A DNA stretch of 64,000 nt, taken from NCBI GenBank assembly GCA_030390025.1, contig CM059432.1, forward strand, positions 5,890,001-5,954,000, written 5' to 3'. This DNA is from Squalus acanthias (lineage: Eukaryota). Shown here piece after piece: positions 39,661-52,556 of the stretch. Made by a program: the position numbers and the translations under genes. The notes under the pieces are model-generated. The model did not search any database, was not told where the DNA came from, and saw only the letters and a program-made list of their open reading frames with translations. Within the stretch, counting starts at the first letter, position 1. The number at the start of each line of letters is the position of its first letter.

Positions 39661-40808
39661 ATCAGGTCCTGCTCTCATCTGCCAAAATTGCTCACTATTC
39701 CAGAATCATTCTGGAATGCAAAGATAAACCCCGGTTTCTATTCTCCACTGCTAACCGTCTTCTTAAACCCCTCTCCCCTGTCTCCTCCACCCTCACCTCT
39801 GACAAGTGTGAGGAGCTCATGGACTTCTTTGTCTCCAAGATTGAGACCATCTGTTCAGCTGCCTCTGCCACTTCCCTTCCTTCCCCTAGCCCACCGGGCC
39901 AAACTTCCTCTAAGGTTCCCCCCTGCCCTAGCCCTGAACTCACATCTTTCTCCAGTTTCTCTCCGATCTCCCCTCATGACCTCTCCGTGCTCATCTTGTC
40001 CATGAGACCCACCTCCTGCTCTCTCGACCCTATTCCCACCAAATTGCTGACCACCCAAATTCCTTTTCTGGCTCCCATGTTAGCTGACATTGTTAACGGT
40101 TCTCTCTTCTCAGGTACTGTCCCCCTCTCCCTCAAATCTGCCGTCATCACCCCTCTCCTCAAAAAAACAACCCATGATCCCTCCGTCCTTGTAAACTACC
40201 GCCCATCTCCAATCTCCCTTTTCTCTCCAAAGTCCTTGAACGTGTTGTCGCCTCCCAAATCCGTGCCCATCTTTCCCACAACTCCATGTTTGAATCCCTC
40301 CAATCAGGTTTCCGCCCTTGCCACAGTACCGAAACAGCTCTCATCAAAGTCACAAATGACATCCTTTGTGACTGTGACAGAGGTAAAATATCCCTCCTCG
40401 TCCTTCTTGACTTGTCTGCAGCCTTTGACATGGTTGACCACTCCATCCTTCTCCAAAGCCTCTCTACCGTTATCCAGCTGGGTGGGACTGCACTCGCCTG
40501 GTTCAATTCTTATTTATCTAATCGTAGCCAGAGAATCACCTGCAACGGCTTCTCTTCCCGCTCCTGCATCGTTACCTCTGGTGTCCCCCAAGCCCCCTCC
40601 TATTTCTCATCTACATGTTGCCCCTTGGCAATATCATCCGAAAACACAGTGTCAGTTTCCACATGTACACTGATGACACCTAGCTCTGCCTCACTACCAC
40701 TTCTCTCGACCCCTCCACGGACTCTAAATTGTCAGACTGCTTGTCAGACATCCAGTTCTGGATGAGAAGAAATTCTCTCCAATTAAATATTGGGAAGACC
40801 GAAGCCAT

Positions 40809-41311
40809 TCCCGGTGGCCTGTCACTTTAATTCACCGCTTCACTCCCACTCTGACCTCACCGTCCTCGGCCTAATACACTGTTCCACGGAAGCTCAGCGT
40901 AAGCTCGAGGAACAGCACCTCATCTTTCGTTTAGGCACGCTACAGCCCTCTGGACTCAATATCGAGTTCAACAATTTTAGATCATAACCTCAGCTCCAAT
41001 CACATTTATATTTTATTTTATCCACCCTTTTATTTGTCCCCCCCACCTTTTTTTCCTCCTAGAAGCTGGCAGCTGTCCTTCATTCTGCCAGTAGATTTCA
41101 CACTTCATTCAGCCTTAATCTGTCACATTAACACCACCTCTAGCCTTGCATATCTCTTAATGTCTCTTAATGTCTCTTCATCTCCTCCTTTGTTCCTTTA
41201 TCCCCTCCCCCTTTTCCCAGCTTTACCCTGGCCTTAAATCTATTTGATTTCCAGCTCTTCCCAGTTCTGATGAAAGGTCATCGACCTGAAACGTCAACTC
41301 TCTTTCTCTCT
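40809..41311 (+). mobile_element. Penelope-like fragment (GIY-YIG C-terminus and terminal repeat) inserted in L2
   Basis: PVACHFNSPLHSHSDL...EEQHLIFRLGTLQPSGLNIEF. Confidence 0.85.
41263..41299 (+). ncRNA. Minimal type I hammerhead ribozyme motif
   Basis: AGTT-CTGATGA-a-AGGTC atc GACCT-GAAA-C-GTC-AACT: stem I AGTT/AACT, stem II AGGTC/GACCT, both conserved core boxes and a GUC triplet. Confidence 0.7.
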
Positions 41312-43548
41312 CCTGTTCAGTCCCTGCCACAAACTCCGTTCCCTAGCCACTGACTCCACCCATCTCCCTAATATCTGTCTGAGGCTGAACCACACTGTTC
41401 TCAACCTTGGTGTCATATTTGACTCTGAAATGAGCTTCCGACCACATATCTGCAGCATAACTAAGATCACCTATTTCCACCTCCGTAACGTCATCGTCTC
41501 CACCCTTGCCTCAGCTCATCCGCTGCTGAAACCCTCATCCATGCCTTTGTTACCTCTAGACTTGACTATTCCAACGCACTCCTGGCTGGCCTCCCACATT
41601 CTACCCTACGTAAACTTGAGGTGATCCAAAACGCTGCTGCCCGTGACTTAACTCGCACCAAATCCCATTCACCCATCACCCGTGCTCGCTGACCTACACT
41701 GGCTCCCAGTTAAGCAACGCCTCGATTTAGATGAGTAATTCCAGCATTTTCTGGGTTTTTCCCCAATTTTTTAAAGGCAATTCTATCAACAAGTATAAAT
41801 ACTTATGCTTCTTATTCTAGAATTGGGATTTAGAGAAAAATTCTGAACTTCTTTTATTTTCTGTCTGGTTTATGAAGCATTATTGCAGACACATTGCGAA
41901 TTAACATACTTCACCGCGGATGCTCTGGGACAGAGCTTCAAACTATTGAGAGAGGTCATTCACTTTACTTTCAGAATTATACAACACCCCTTTGATGCTT
42001 AAGACTTTGTATCATGGGCAGGACTCCTCATTTCTAGCCTCTTCTCCTCACTGGTATCTTTATTTTGGCTCCTGTACAATTTGCTAGACTGTCTTGGTAA
42101 CCAGCTGGTAAACTCTTGGCCTCCTCCCTGTGTAATTTATTTTGTAGAAATCGCCAAAGTAGATAGATTATCACATCATATACAAGATAATGCGTTCACA
42201 TTAGTTAAAATGTTGTAATAAATACTGGTGGGAGAGACACATTATCAGGATTGCACCACTTGGCACCTATTAGGTATGAAGCTTTATCCCACCCTGCTTG
42301 ACTATAATGCATTTTTCTCACAAACTAAAGATTGCATTTTCAAGTGCAGTTTAAGGCATCACAATAAAGTTGAGAGTACCCCTGGATGAGAATGTGTCAC
42401 GGACTATACACGAAGCGGACATGTTAACAACAACAACAAGGGAGGGCCTCAAACTAATTTGGAGGAATTCTATATACAAACATATATTTGCTGAGCTTTT
42501 ACAAAAAGAGGTGATAAACAGAAACAATAAACTTCGACCAGAAAGTTACAAGGGAAATGAAGATAGACAGATTTGAGTTGAAGAACTTGACCTGATGCTC
42601 TTGTCTTTCAATCACAATCCTCAATTCCCAGTGCAACATACATAGGCATATGTTAATGGTTAATGCCATTTTTTTCCCTCATTATTTTCTTCTTAAAGCC
42701 TGATTACTATTATGCTTCCTGTCTCCCTCCAGAAGGGTGGGACGCATTGAGTAATAAAATTCTTTTTTCTCTCATTATCAGTCAGTTATCAGATGTGAGT
42801 CAAGCAAAACAAGCCAGACAATGTCAACGTATTCCCTTCTACCTTCTCTTCTGTAAGAGGTTCCATCTGGGGGATTTAGCAGGGAATTCATTAGACTCAC
42901 CTCACCAAAGCAAAAAAGTTACAAGGAGTCCTGTGGCTTTCAAATCTCAAACTTCTGGGGCGGGGGGGATGCGGTGGAATCATGAGTTCAACAGACTGAA
43001 ATATGGGGGCACCCAGGAGCATTTAACACGTTTATCTTCTTCTACTTTGCTCCTTGAAGGCTTTTAACAGTGTTAGATTTAACTGAAAACCTTGTTAACA
43101 CTGAAATTTCTTGCTTTTAGGTTCATATCTTTGAGAGTAATATCATTTTAATAGTCTTTTAGTTGCTGAAAGAATTCCACAGATGCTCATCTACCACTTA
43201 ACTGCACCTCCTTACAATAGGCTTTCAACTTCAGGCATGATAAACTTCAGAAAGAAGTTTCACATAAATAATAAATGTCTCAGCGCAATAGCTTCAAAAC
43301 TTGGCAACCCAATAAAACATTAAAAAGTTGGCAATAGTTGTGTTAGAAATATTTCAGAAGGGATTTATTCCCCAAAGTAGCATTCTTAGTTACTGCTCGT
43401 ATCATTTTTCAAATTTGATCCAAATCTCTGTCCAAGGATTTAGAAACAATAATGACTAATATAAAGCTAATTAATCACTGTCTATTTTTCATGTAAGTGT
43501 AACTCCCAACAGAGATCCTTTCTTTATTCACGACCATTGTTTGTCATC

Positions 43549-43567
43549 AACACTAGAGGGCAGCAGC
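43549..43567 (+). promoter_or_regulatory. Candidate CTCF site
   Basis: aaCACTAGAGGGCAGCAgc closely fits the CTCF core and lies in non-repetitive sequence. Confidence 0.5.
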
Positions 43568-44040
43568 GGAGGAGGAAAAATTCAAAATGGACCCATGGTA
43601 CAGTGAAGCATTTGTACAAATTGCAGATACTTTTCCACCCACGTTAACTCTTGAATAACCTATCCAGCTTCAAACTCTAACTGGTAAGGCACGCCACCAA
43701 AGAAATGTAGACTCTCAACTCAAACATGGCATTGAGAAAGTTTGATTGGCACCAACTCCAAGGAATTATTCAGTTTGATTGGTACCAACGCCATAATAGT
43801 ATCTGATAATTATGTAATTAAAGCAAAAATGACAATCTATCTTCATTTCTACTTTATCTCTTCCATTTGCCTTTCCCCAGTCACGATCGCTCATCTCAAA
43901 AATCTTTCCATCAGAGAGGAATTCCTCTTTTGGGTTACTTATACTTCAGATTTGTCTATTTGACATAGTGTTCCATTGTAGAATCTGGGGGAGGAACTTC
44001 CAGTTTAAGGTAACAGGTCTCAGTGTGATTAAGTTATAGG

Positions 44041-44460
44041 ACAGTCAGTCGGAAGGTTGTGGGTTTAAGTCCCACTCCAGAGACTTGAGCACAAAAATCT
44101 AGGCTGACACTCCAGTGCAGTACTGAGGGTGTGCTGCAATGTTGGAAGTGCCGCCTTTCGGATGAGACGTTAAACTGAGGCCCCGTCTAACCTCTCAGGT
44201 GGATGTAAAAGATCCTATGGCATTATTTTGAAGAAGAGCAGGAGTTAGCCCCAGTGTCCTGGCCAATATTTATCCCTCAATCAACATCACTGTACCAGAT
44301 TATCTGGTTATTATCACATTGCTGTTTGTGGGAGCTAATTGTGCGCAATTTGGCTGCCACGTTTCCTACATTACAACAGTAGCTACACTTCAAAAAGTAC
44401 TTCATTGGTTGTAAAGTGCTTTGGGATGTCCGGTGGTGAAAGGCGCTATATAAGTGCAAT
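44041..44460 (+). mobile_element. Deu-SINE-like element
   Basis: B-box-like gggtttaagtccc, shared body, L2-type tail aaggcgctatataa. Confidence 0.82.
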
Positions 44461-46533
44461 TTTTTCTTTTTTTTCTTTACTAAGACTCAAAAGTTCACGA
44501 GCCATCTGGAGTAGTGCTCTGCTCCTGTGTAAGTATGCAAGGAGCAGAAAGCTGTGCAGTCAGCAGTTAACTGTTTTGCTGCTAGCAAGGCCTTAGTACT
44601 CAAACTAGAACTTGCAGTAGGTAAACATACGTGCCAATCCAGTTCAATTCTTCAGCTAATGAGTATGCACAGTGATGGTCTCTGATGGTGTGACAGGTCT
44701 CTCTTAGAATTAGACACCTTTAACAAATTAATCAGCCATCAATGGATTAGTAGGGATAAATGAGGTGACGAAGTAAATATTTGTACAATATATCTTCGTC
44801 TCTTCTTGTTCCAAATCCTGTATGCTATGCCCCACTTCCATTCCATCTAACCTCCTTTAAGATTAAGTATGCTTCACTCATATACTCCATGATACTAAAT
44901 GCCAAAGTGAGATGGCTGCAAAATTAACACCGTCTCTTAGTTACGCTATTTAATCTTTAGAAATATTTGTTATAGGTTGTCTGGAAAAAGACTCTTCCAC
45001 GTGACTTATGGATGAGCCGGCTGCTCACCAGCTGCTGTTGAAAATCGCGTCATTGGAGAAGTATTTCATGATGTCACAGAAGAGCAAGCGCTGCGCCAAA
45101 TCTTGCCTCTTCCCAGCAGTTCTGGAGCAGGATAATAGGGGTGGGTCTGAGAAGTACTTGCAGGGGGGGGGGGGTAATTTTCTGACTTTGTGCTCCTGGT
45201 GAAGAATCTCGCCCACCAGAAGTGCATATTGGAAATTAAATGGTGAGAAAATAATGGGCAATCCTGATGGTAATGCTCTCAGCTGGAAACTTACTCGTTA
45301 AGTGTACAAGTATCTCCTTTGATAACATTTCAGATTATGTGACAATTCAGCAGAATATACTTCACCTCTAGAGAGAGTTTGAGCTCTGAAAACATTCCTA
45401 TCTCTTCCGTCTGATAAGAGAAACTTTTGCACCACAAGCTAGCTCATGTGGTAAGAGAGACAAGTGAATTTTCATTCCTAGTTTTTCTCTGCCTGGCAAT
45501 TTACAAGGAGCAAAGAGAAGATCTGATGTCAGGAATGGCAAAGCAGTCATCAGCTCATTTCAGAAGAACTGTGTGTATTATACACGGTGCTGGAGCACGC
45601 AGGTGTACTTTTACTTCATCAATCTAGAACCAGAGAATTCACTGATGTGCATGTGTGCAGTATGGAAGGCTCAACAAGCTAGATTCATTATGTGGCATTA
45701 GTTGCTGGAAATAGTGCGAGATATTCTTGGCAAACCTCACCGAGATGGAGCAGTAAATTGCCCTGCAGTGTTTTATCCAGCAGCAAAGCTTAAAAACTGG
45801 CAAGACGTGCACATACCAGTCAAAGTTGTGATTCAAGATCCTCTGGATGGGAGAACAAGGCTTTACTGCTAGAACTACAGTCCCACTCATTCATTTCATT
45901 ATTTTTTTCCTACAAAATGTCACAATAATTCTATTTGATTTTGTATTCCATATACTTAAAAGACAACCTTGCAGAAATAATGTTAGAACCCCAGTAATAA
46001 GGCTATAATGTACAGAATTTTTATTTAATTGTACTTGAATGTGAATTCACTGGGAAATTTAAAAAAACACACAAATTGGATGGTTGCGCAATGAACTGCG
46101 AGAAAAAAATCTATTCACTAACAATGATTTAGATATAATCATGTTACTGAAGTACATCTGATACACTTACAAAATTGAGGATGCTATAAAAGTAACTGCA
46201 GTCTGACTCAAACCACTAATACACCAGTTAAGCTGCAGGATTTACAATGGAACAGTGCGGTCTCCATCACACCCTGATGTAAGCCGCTGCCGTTGCTGAT
46301 TTGGCAGTGCAGAGGTGTTTGGGGTCACTTAAGATGCTAATTGGATAGGTGGTCCCACCACTAGTGATGCACATCAACCTTTTTAAACTTCAAGTTTTTT
46401 TAAAAACTCAGATGGTTTCCTGTACCACCTTTCAATTTCCAATGGTTGAAAATAGCTGACAATTGCATCAGCTGTTTTCAATCACTAAAAATCTCCATGG
46501 CAGTCAAAGTCTGCCAGCAAGATTTTCTTAAAT

Positions 46534-47002
46534 AAAGACTTGCATTTATATAGCGCTTTTCACGACCATCGGGCATCCCAAAGCGTTTTACAGCCATGAA
46601 GTACTTTTAAGTGTAGTCACTGTTGTAATGTAGGAAACGCGGCAGCCAATTTGCGCATAGCAAGCTTCCACAAACAGCAAAAATGTGATAATGACCAGAT
46701 AAGCTGTTTTAGTGATGTTGGTTGAGGGATAAATATTGGCCAGGGCACCGGGGATAACTCTCCTGCTCTTCTTCGAAATAGTGCCATAGGATCTGTTACG
46801 TCCACCTGACGGGCCTCGGTTTAACGTCTCCCTGACGGGCCTCGGTTTAACGTCTCATCCGAAAGATGGCACCACTGACAATGCAGCAATCCCTCTGTAC
46901 TGCACTGGAGTGTTAGCCTAGATTTTTGTGCTCGAGTCTCTGGAGTGGGACTTGAACCCACAACCTTCTGACTCAGAGGTGCTACCAACTGAGCCACTGG
47001 CT
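46534..47002 (-). mobile_element. Deu-SINE-like element with internal 26-bp tandem duplication
   Basis: Same family; cctgacgggcctcggtttaacgtctc duplicated at ~46805-46856. Confidence 0.82.
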
Positions 47003-48560
47003 GGCAATATGTTTGAGTAGAGCTCTGCTTCAATCTCTCTGCCCTTCAACAGTGATGTAGGTGGACAACTCAACTGTGTCTCCCCACTTGTATCACTGAA
47101 AAAAAAAACATCACTGGGACAATGATTCTTATTGTCCATTTTTGTAATTTCCTCATTTGAATGGGTCTTGTTACACCATCTTTGACTGTTAATGGTAGCA
47201 AGTGCACTTATCCCAAAGTAAACCCGCAGAAAACCTCAATGCTTGCAGATAAAGTAGAAATTATCAGTCCATCCCTTTGAGGGTCCGGTGGTATAAATAT
47301 TTGGAAATGTTTCCTGCAAGCTGCCAGGCAACGGATCACTCCTGTGCAGCTGCTCACACTGGCTATTAGATTCACATCATACTTCAAAAAACACATAAGG
47401 GAAAAGAAGCAACCACGTGTAGTAATGCTTAAACTAACATTTAAACTTTGATATTGGAATTAACCTTCTGTAGAGCACTCTGCTTGTAATTTTTCTTAAT
47501 TAAAACAGCCTGTACAATTACCTCAGCAGCACAGCACAGCTATCAAAACATGCCATTTTGTCAGAATGCATTCCCATCTCCTTAGTTACCCATCATCTGT
47601 GCAAGGATAATTTCAGGATACTATAACTATTCATTTATTAACTGCTCTCAATTAGATATCGAGGATATCTTTTAACTGAATCCACCTTTAGACACATAGG
47701 ATCGAATGAAAGTTGCTTTTCATTTTGTGAGAGTCTCCCTTCTGTGTGAAAAGTAGTTTTTTTTTAGAAAAATGCAAGATAACATTTTGTTATGTTCATT
47801 CATTCAACGTAACCTTAAAATGTGCACATTTAACAACAAAACCACATCAGATACAAATAAAACTGTCTCAGAGAACTGAGATAACACCACTTTTTCACAA
47901 AGCCACTTTTAACCACTGTGAACTGAATCACATCATCAGATTCACGTAATCACCATGAGGACCGTTTCCCAAATACCAATACACCCACCCAATTACCGTG
48001 TACAGATAGAGGAGCCATTTTCTGAGTTGCAACAAGGGTTTTAAAATTTCAACAACTAGCAGTTAACAATCTCATAAATAAAACAGCACATTTGGCCCTG
48101 ATTGGGTAAAACATTAAAAAGGTGCGTGAATCCAATGTGCAACTTTATTGCTCAAGTCCATTCATTATTTTAATCTGGTTTCCCAGCAGGACCCAAGTGG
48201 TATTGTCTACATCAATTCTTGTTTTGACAATCATTTCACATTTCTAGACTTTTCATGATGCAGCTTTGTTTTTACATGTGCAACCTTTAAATTTAGGCTG
48301 GGCATTTCATAACTCATTACAGTTACAGTTAAAGCTGTATTGGCAAACTGGCGTTCACAGTTCATTGCAAACGTTTCAATTTGCACATTGCAGTCATTTT
48401 GGTGTCACTGCCTAATCAATTCGGGGACAGTATCCAGAACCTTATCCTTTTTCCCTTGTACGCATATATAATTTGTACTTACATTAAAATACAACATTTG
48501 ATTATATCTGAAATTTGTACAAACTTAAGTTGCACACAAGTCAAATTGATGCAACATCTG

Positions 48561-49005
48561 GAGTGTCAGCCGTGGCTCAGTGGGTAGCACTCTCGCCTTT
48601 GAGTCAGAAGGTTGTGGGTTCAAGTCCCACTCCAGAGACTTGAGCACAAAAATCTAGGCTGACACTCCAGTGCAGTACTGAGGGAGTGCTGCACAGTTGG
48701 AGGTGCCGTCTTTCAGATGAGACATTAAACCGAGATCCCATCTGTCCTCTCAGGTTGATGTAAAAGATCCCATGGCACTATTTCGAAGAAGAGCGAGGGA
48801 GTTATCCCTTGTGTCCTGGCCAATATTTATCCCTCAACCAACCTCACTAAAAGAGAGTATCACATTGCTGGTTGTAGGAGCTTGCTGTGCACAAATTGGC
48901 TGCCGCGTTTCCTACATTACAATAGTGACTACACTTCAAAAAAAAAGTATATCATTGGCTGTAAAGGGCTTTGCGATATCTGGTGGTAAGGCCCTATAGA
49001 AATGC
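48561..49005 (+). mobile_element. Full-length Deu-SINE-like element
   Basis: A box gtggctcagtgggtagc, B box gggttcaagtccc, shared body, L2-type tail. Confidence 0.85.
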
Positions 49006-49429
49006 AAATCTTTTGTTCTTTCTTTTGATGAAACTGACTAAAGGGCAATCAAAGAATGGAATAGAAAGAGTCTCAGGAGCAAGCTGTTTCCCTTCTTGGC
49101 TCCAGCTGATATGGGCCCAAGGAAACCAGAGCGGTGGCAGGGTGGGGAAAAAACAATGTTAACTAACTGCACAAAGCGGAAATAAACGGAGTGCAATTAA
49201 ACAGATAGAGTGTTTCATTTAGGAATTTGGAAAGAGTGGGAATTCGGAGAAGAGGGGAAAGGAGTTGCTGCTTTTTGCCTACACTACTTGCAGTGCTTTG
49301 TGTTACAGGTAGATATTTAATTTCATTACCCGTAACTTAACCTAGATCAATTAAGTAGTCAAGAAACTAACCTGTAAACTAAGTTACTTAAATACAAATT
49401 TAATTAAATTTAATTAAATAGAACAAGGT

Positions 49430-52190
49430 CATATAGGGATGGCAGTGCAGGTGGTGTGCCTCAACTGCAGCATGTGGGAGTTTGTGGAGAGCATTGTGAT
49501 CCCTGACAACCACGTTTGCAGTAAGTGCCTGCATCTTGAGGAACTTCAGCTCTGAGCTGTTGAGCTGGAGTCGGAGGTGCAGATATTGCGGGACATCAGG
49601 GATGGGGAGAGTTACCTGGACACTTTCATCCAGGAGGCATGTGGTAGGGGGACAGTATAGTCAGACGGATAGATACTGTTCTCTGCAGCCGCAACCGGGA
49701 TTTCCGAAGGTTGTGTTGCAGGGTTAAAGACATCTCCTCACGGCTGGAGAAGAACATGGGAGTGGGAAGGGGAGGATCCAGTTGTCGTGGTCCACGTAGG
49801 AACCAACAACATAGATAGAACTAGGAATGAGGTTCTGCTGAGAGTGTTTGAGGAGTTGGGGTCCAAATTAAAAAGCAGAACCTCAAAGGTAACAATCTCT
49901 GGATTGTTACCTGAGCCACGTGCCAATTGACATAGGGATAAGCAGATAAGGTGGCTGAAAGACTGGTGCAGTAGGCAGGGGTTCTGCTTCATGGGGCACT
50001 GGCACCAGTACTGGGGAAAGAGGAGCTGTTCCGTTGGGACGGGCTCCACTTAAACAGGGCTGGAACCAGTGTCCTGGCGAATCAAATAACTAGGGCAGTA
50101 GACAGGGCTTTAAATTAATGAAGAGGGGGTGGGAGGATTCAGGAAAGAGTAAATTTAAAAGCAGCAAGAGAAGTGTCTAGAGCAGAGCAGAGTTTTGGGT
50201 AAAATTAAGCAGAGTGGGTCAGGAAGGGACAGAGAGAGTAACAAATGGTAATAAGGCATCAGTGAATAAGGTGACATCAGGGAAAAATAGAAATAAGTCA
50301 AAGCTAAAGGCACTATATCTGAATGCGCGAAGCATTCGCAACAAAATAGATGAATTAATAGCGCAGACAGAAATTAATAGGTTTGATCTAATATCCATTA
50401 CGGAGACGTGGTTGCAAAGTGACCAAGGTTGGGAACTAAATATTCCAAGATACTTAACTTTTAGAAGAGATAGGCAAAATGGAAAAGAAAAGGGGTCGCC
50501 CTGATAATAAAGGATGGGATAAAGACAACAGAGAGAAAGGATCTTAGCTTGGAAAATCAAGAAGTAGAATCAGTTTGGGTGGAGCTAAGAAAAAGCAAGG
50601 GGCAGACAACATTGGTGGGAGTTGTTTATAGGCCCCCAAACAGTAGTTGAATGTAGGGCAGAGTATAAATCAGGAAATTAGAGGCGCATGTAACAAGGGT
50701 AATACAGTAATCATGGGGGACTTTAATCTACATATAGACTGGGCAAACCAAATTTACAGTAATAGTGTGGAGGACAAATTCATGGAATGTATGCAAGATA
50801 GTTTTCTAGATCAGTATGTTGAGGAACCAACTAGGGAACAGGCTATTTTAGATCTAGTATTCTGCAATGAGAAAGAGTTAATTAATAATCTTGTAGCAAA
50901 GGGGTCCTTAAGGAAGAGTGACCATAATATGATAGAATTTTATATTAAGTTTGAAAGTGATTTAGTTAAATCCGAAACTAGGGTCTTCAATCGAAACAAA
51001 GCAAACTATGTAGGTATGAGGGGCGAGTTGGCTAAGATAGATTGGGAAACTACATTAAAAGGCATGACGGTAGACAAGCAATGGCTAGCATTTAAAGAAT
51101 TAATATATAATTTACAACAAATATACATTCCTTTAAGGCACAAAAACCCCACAGGAAAAGTGGTCCAACCGTGGCTAACAAGAGAAGTTGAATATAGTAT
51201 TAGGTCAAAAGAAGATTGGGGGGATTGTCCTATGAGGACAGATTGAGTAGACTAGGCCTATATTCTCTAGAGTTTAGAAGAATGAAAGGTGATCTCATTG
51301 AAACATACAAAATTCTTACAGGATGAATTCATATGATGTGGGTAGCACAGGATTAATGGAAATGTTGTAAAACGCTGTAGCTATGTTGGAAGCCATGTAT
51401 TAGACTGCCACCATAATTACAAGGCATGATGGGAAGCTTGGCCATCCTGACAGAAGCGTAGTGTCAGCAGTTAATAAGTAACAGTTGGTTTAAACATGTT
51501 TCATGAAACCTTGTTACAGAGACAAAGGGCAAAGATGAAACCTTGTTAGAGAGACATTGGGCAAAGATGAAACCTTGTCAATGGGCAAACGTGACAGAAT
51601 ACATCTACTAAAAGCTTACGTGATCAGTAAATAACAATTGAGCAACTGTCAGCATCCTTGTCAACTGTCGAGTTTCGCTTGATTATGTATAACTACATTG
51701 CCACGACTACTGTAAAGTTGAGAGACTTCGGGATGCCAAAAGCTCTTCCCTGCATGCTTGTATTAAAGAATTCAGTTTCGTGGACTATAAGTGACTTCTT
51801 GTGGTGTTTTTTCCCACAACACATGGAATGTATGCATGATAGTCGATGCAGGGAGGATGTTTCCCTTGGCTGGGGAGTCTAGAACCAGGGGTCACAGTCT
51901 CAGAATAAGGGGTCGGCCATTTAGGACTGAGATGAGGAGAAATTTCTTCACTCAGAGAGTGGTGAATCTTTGGAATTCTCTACCCCAGAGGGCTGTGGAG
52001 GCTCAGTCGTTGAGTATATTCAAGACAGAGATCAATATATTTCTGGATATTAAGGGGATCAAGGGATATGGGGATAGTGCAGGAAAGTGGAGTTGAGGTA
52101 GAAGATCAGCCATGATCTTATTGAATGGCGGAGCAGGCTCGAGGAGCCGAATGGCCGACTCCTGCTCCTATTTCTTAAGTTCTTATGTTA
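49430..52190 (+). mobile_element. CR1 with ORF1 (Zn finger, esterase) and APE, large RT deletion at ~51215, then 3' end
   Basis: MAVQVVCLNCSMWE..HVCSKC, VHVGTNN, LNARSIRNK, MGDFN, SDHN, then directly LGLYSLEFRRM and tail. Confidence 0.88.
51334..51821. mobile_element. Solo LTR (488 bp) inside CR1
   Basis: TG...CA ends with inverted termini tgatgtggg / cccacaaca, near-TSD cata/catg, attaaa signal, internal direct repeats gatgaaaccttgt. Confidence 0.7.
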
Positions 52191-52318
52191 GAACATAATT
52201 CTTCCGATCTACTTCAAAGGACTCTTTTTGAGAATAAGCTCAATCAAGTCATACTTGCACAAAGGTAATAAAATTACATGAACATGATAGGGTTAGAACT
52301 AGTCATCGTCACACTTAC

Positions 52319-52444
52319 TGAATTCTCATCTTCTTCTTCAAGTTCTCTTTGCTGTTCCTGGTGTCTTTTTGCTTTGATTTCCATTGCTTCTATGATTAAA
52401 TCTCTCAGAATTGACACAGATTTGGCATTTTTAATGAACGTGTG
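52319..52444 (-). CDS. STK3: STK3/MST2 internal coding exon (end of kinase domain into acidic linker), 126 bp, phase 0-0
   Basis: Translates HTFIKNAKSVSILRDLIIEAMEIKAKRHQEQQRELEEEDENS, closely matching vertebrate MST2 (HPFIKNAKPVSILRDLITEAMEIKAKRHEEQQRELEEEEENS). Pyrimidine-rich acceptor ...cttgctgcag and donor gtaagt on the minus strand. Confidence 0.96.
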
Positions 52445-52556
52445 CTGCAGCAAGAAAAAGAAATGTAGTAAACTGATTAACAAGCAGAGTTAACTCTCAA
52501 CACTTACAATCAGATGTGTATATCGACATATAACTTGTTATGCCAATGTATCACAG

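Larger units (their letters stand above)
35230..41727 (+). mobile_element. L2 LINE (APE and RT) in four pieces around nested insertions
   Basis: ILGDFN..GHPLDL..SDH, RPTSCSLDPIPTKLL, QSGFRP.HSTETAL, LDLSAAFD. Pieces: 35230-35805, 36707-36849, 39661-40808, 41312-41727. Confidence 0.88.
11691..52318 (-). other. STK3: ~40.6 kb STK3 intron
   Basis: GT at 52318-52317 and AG at 11692-11691 on the minus strand join two contiguous MST2 peptide segments. Confidence 0.9.

Noticed and set aside
48561..48635. tRNA gene-like A and B boxes (also ~27100-27171, 34860-34925, 63640-63710)
   Set aside because: They continue directly into SINE bodies, so they are SINE heads rather than tRNA genes.
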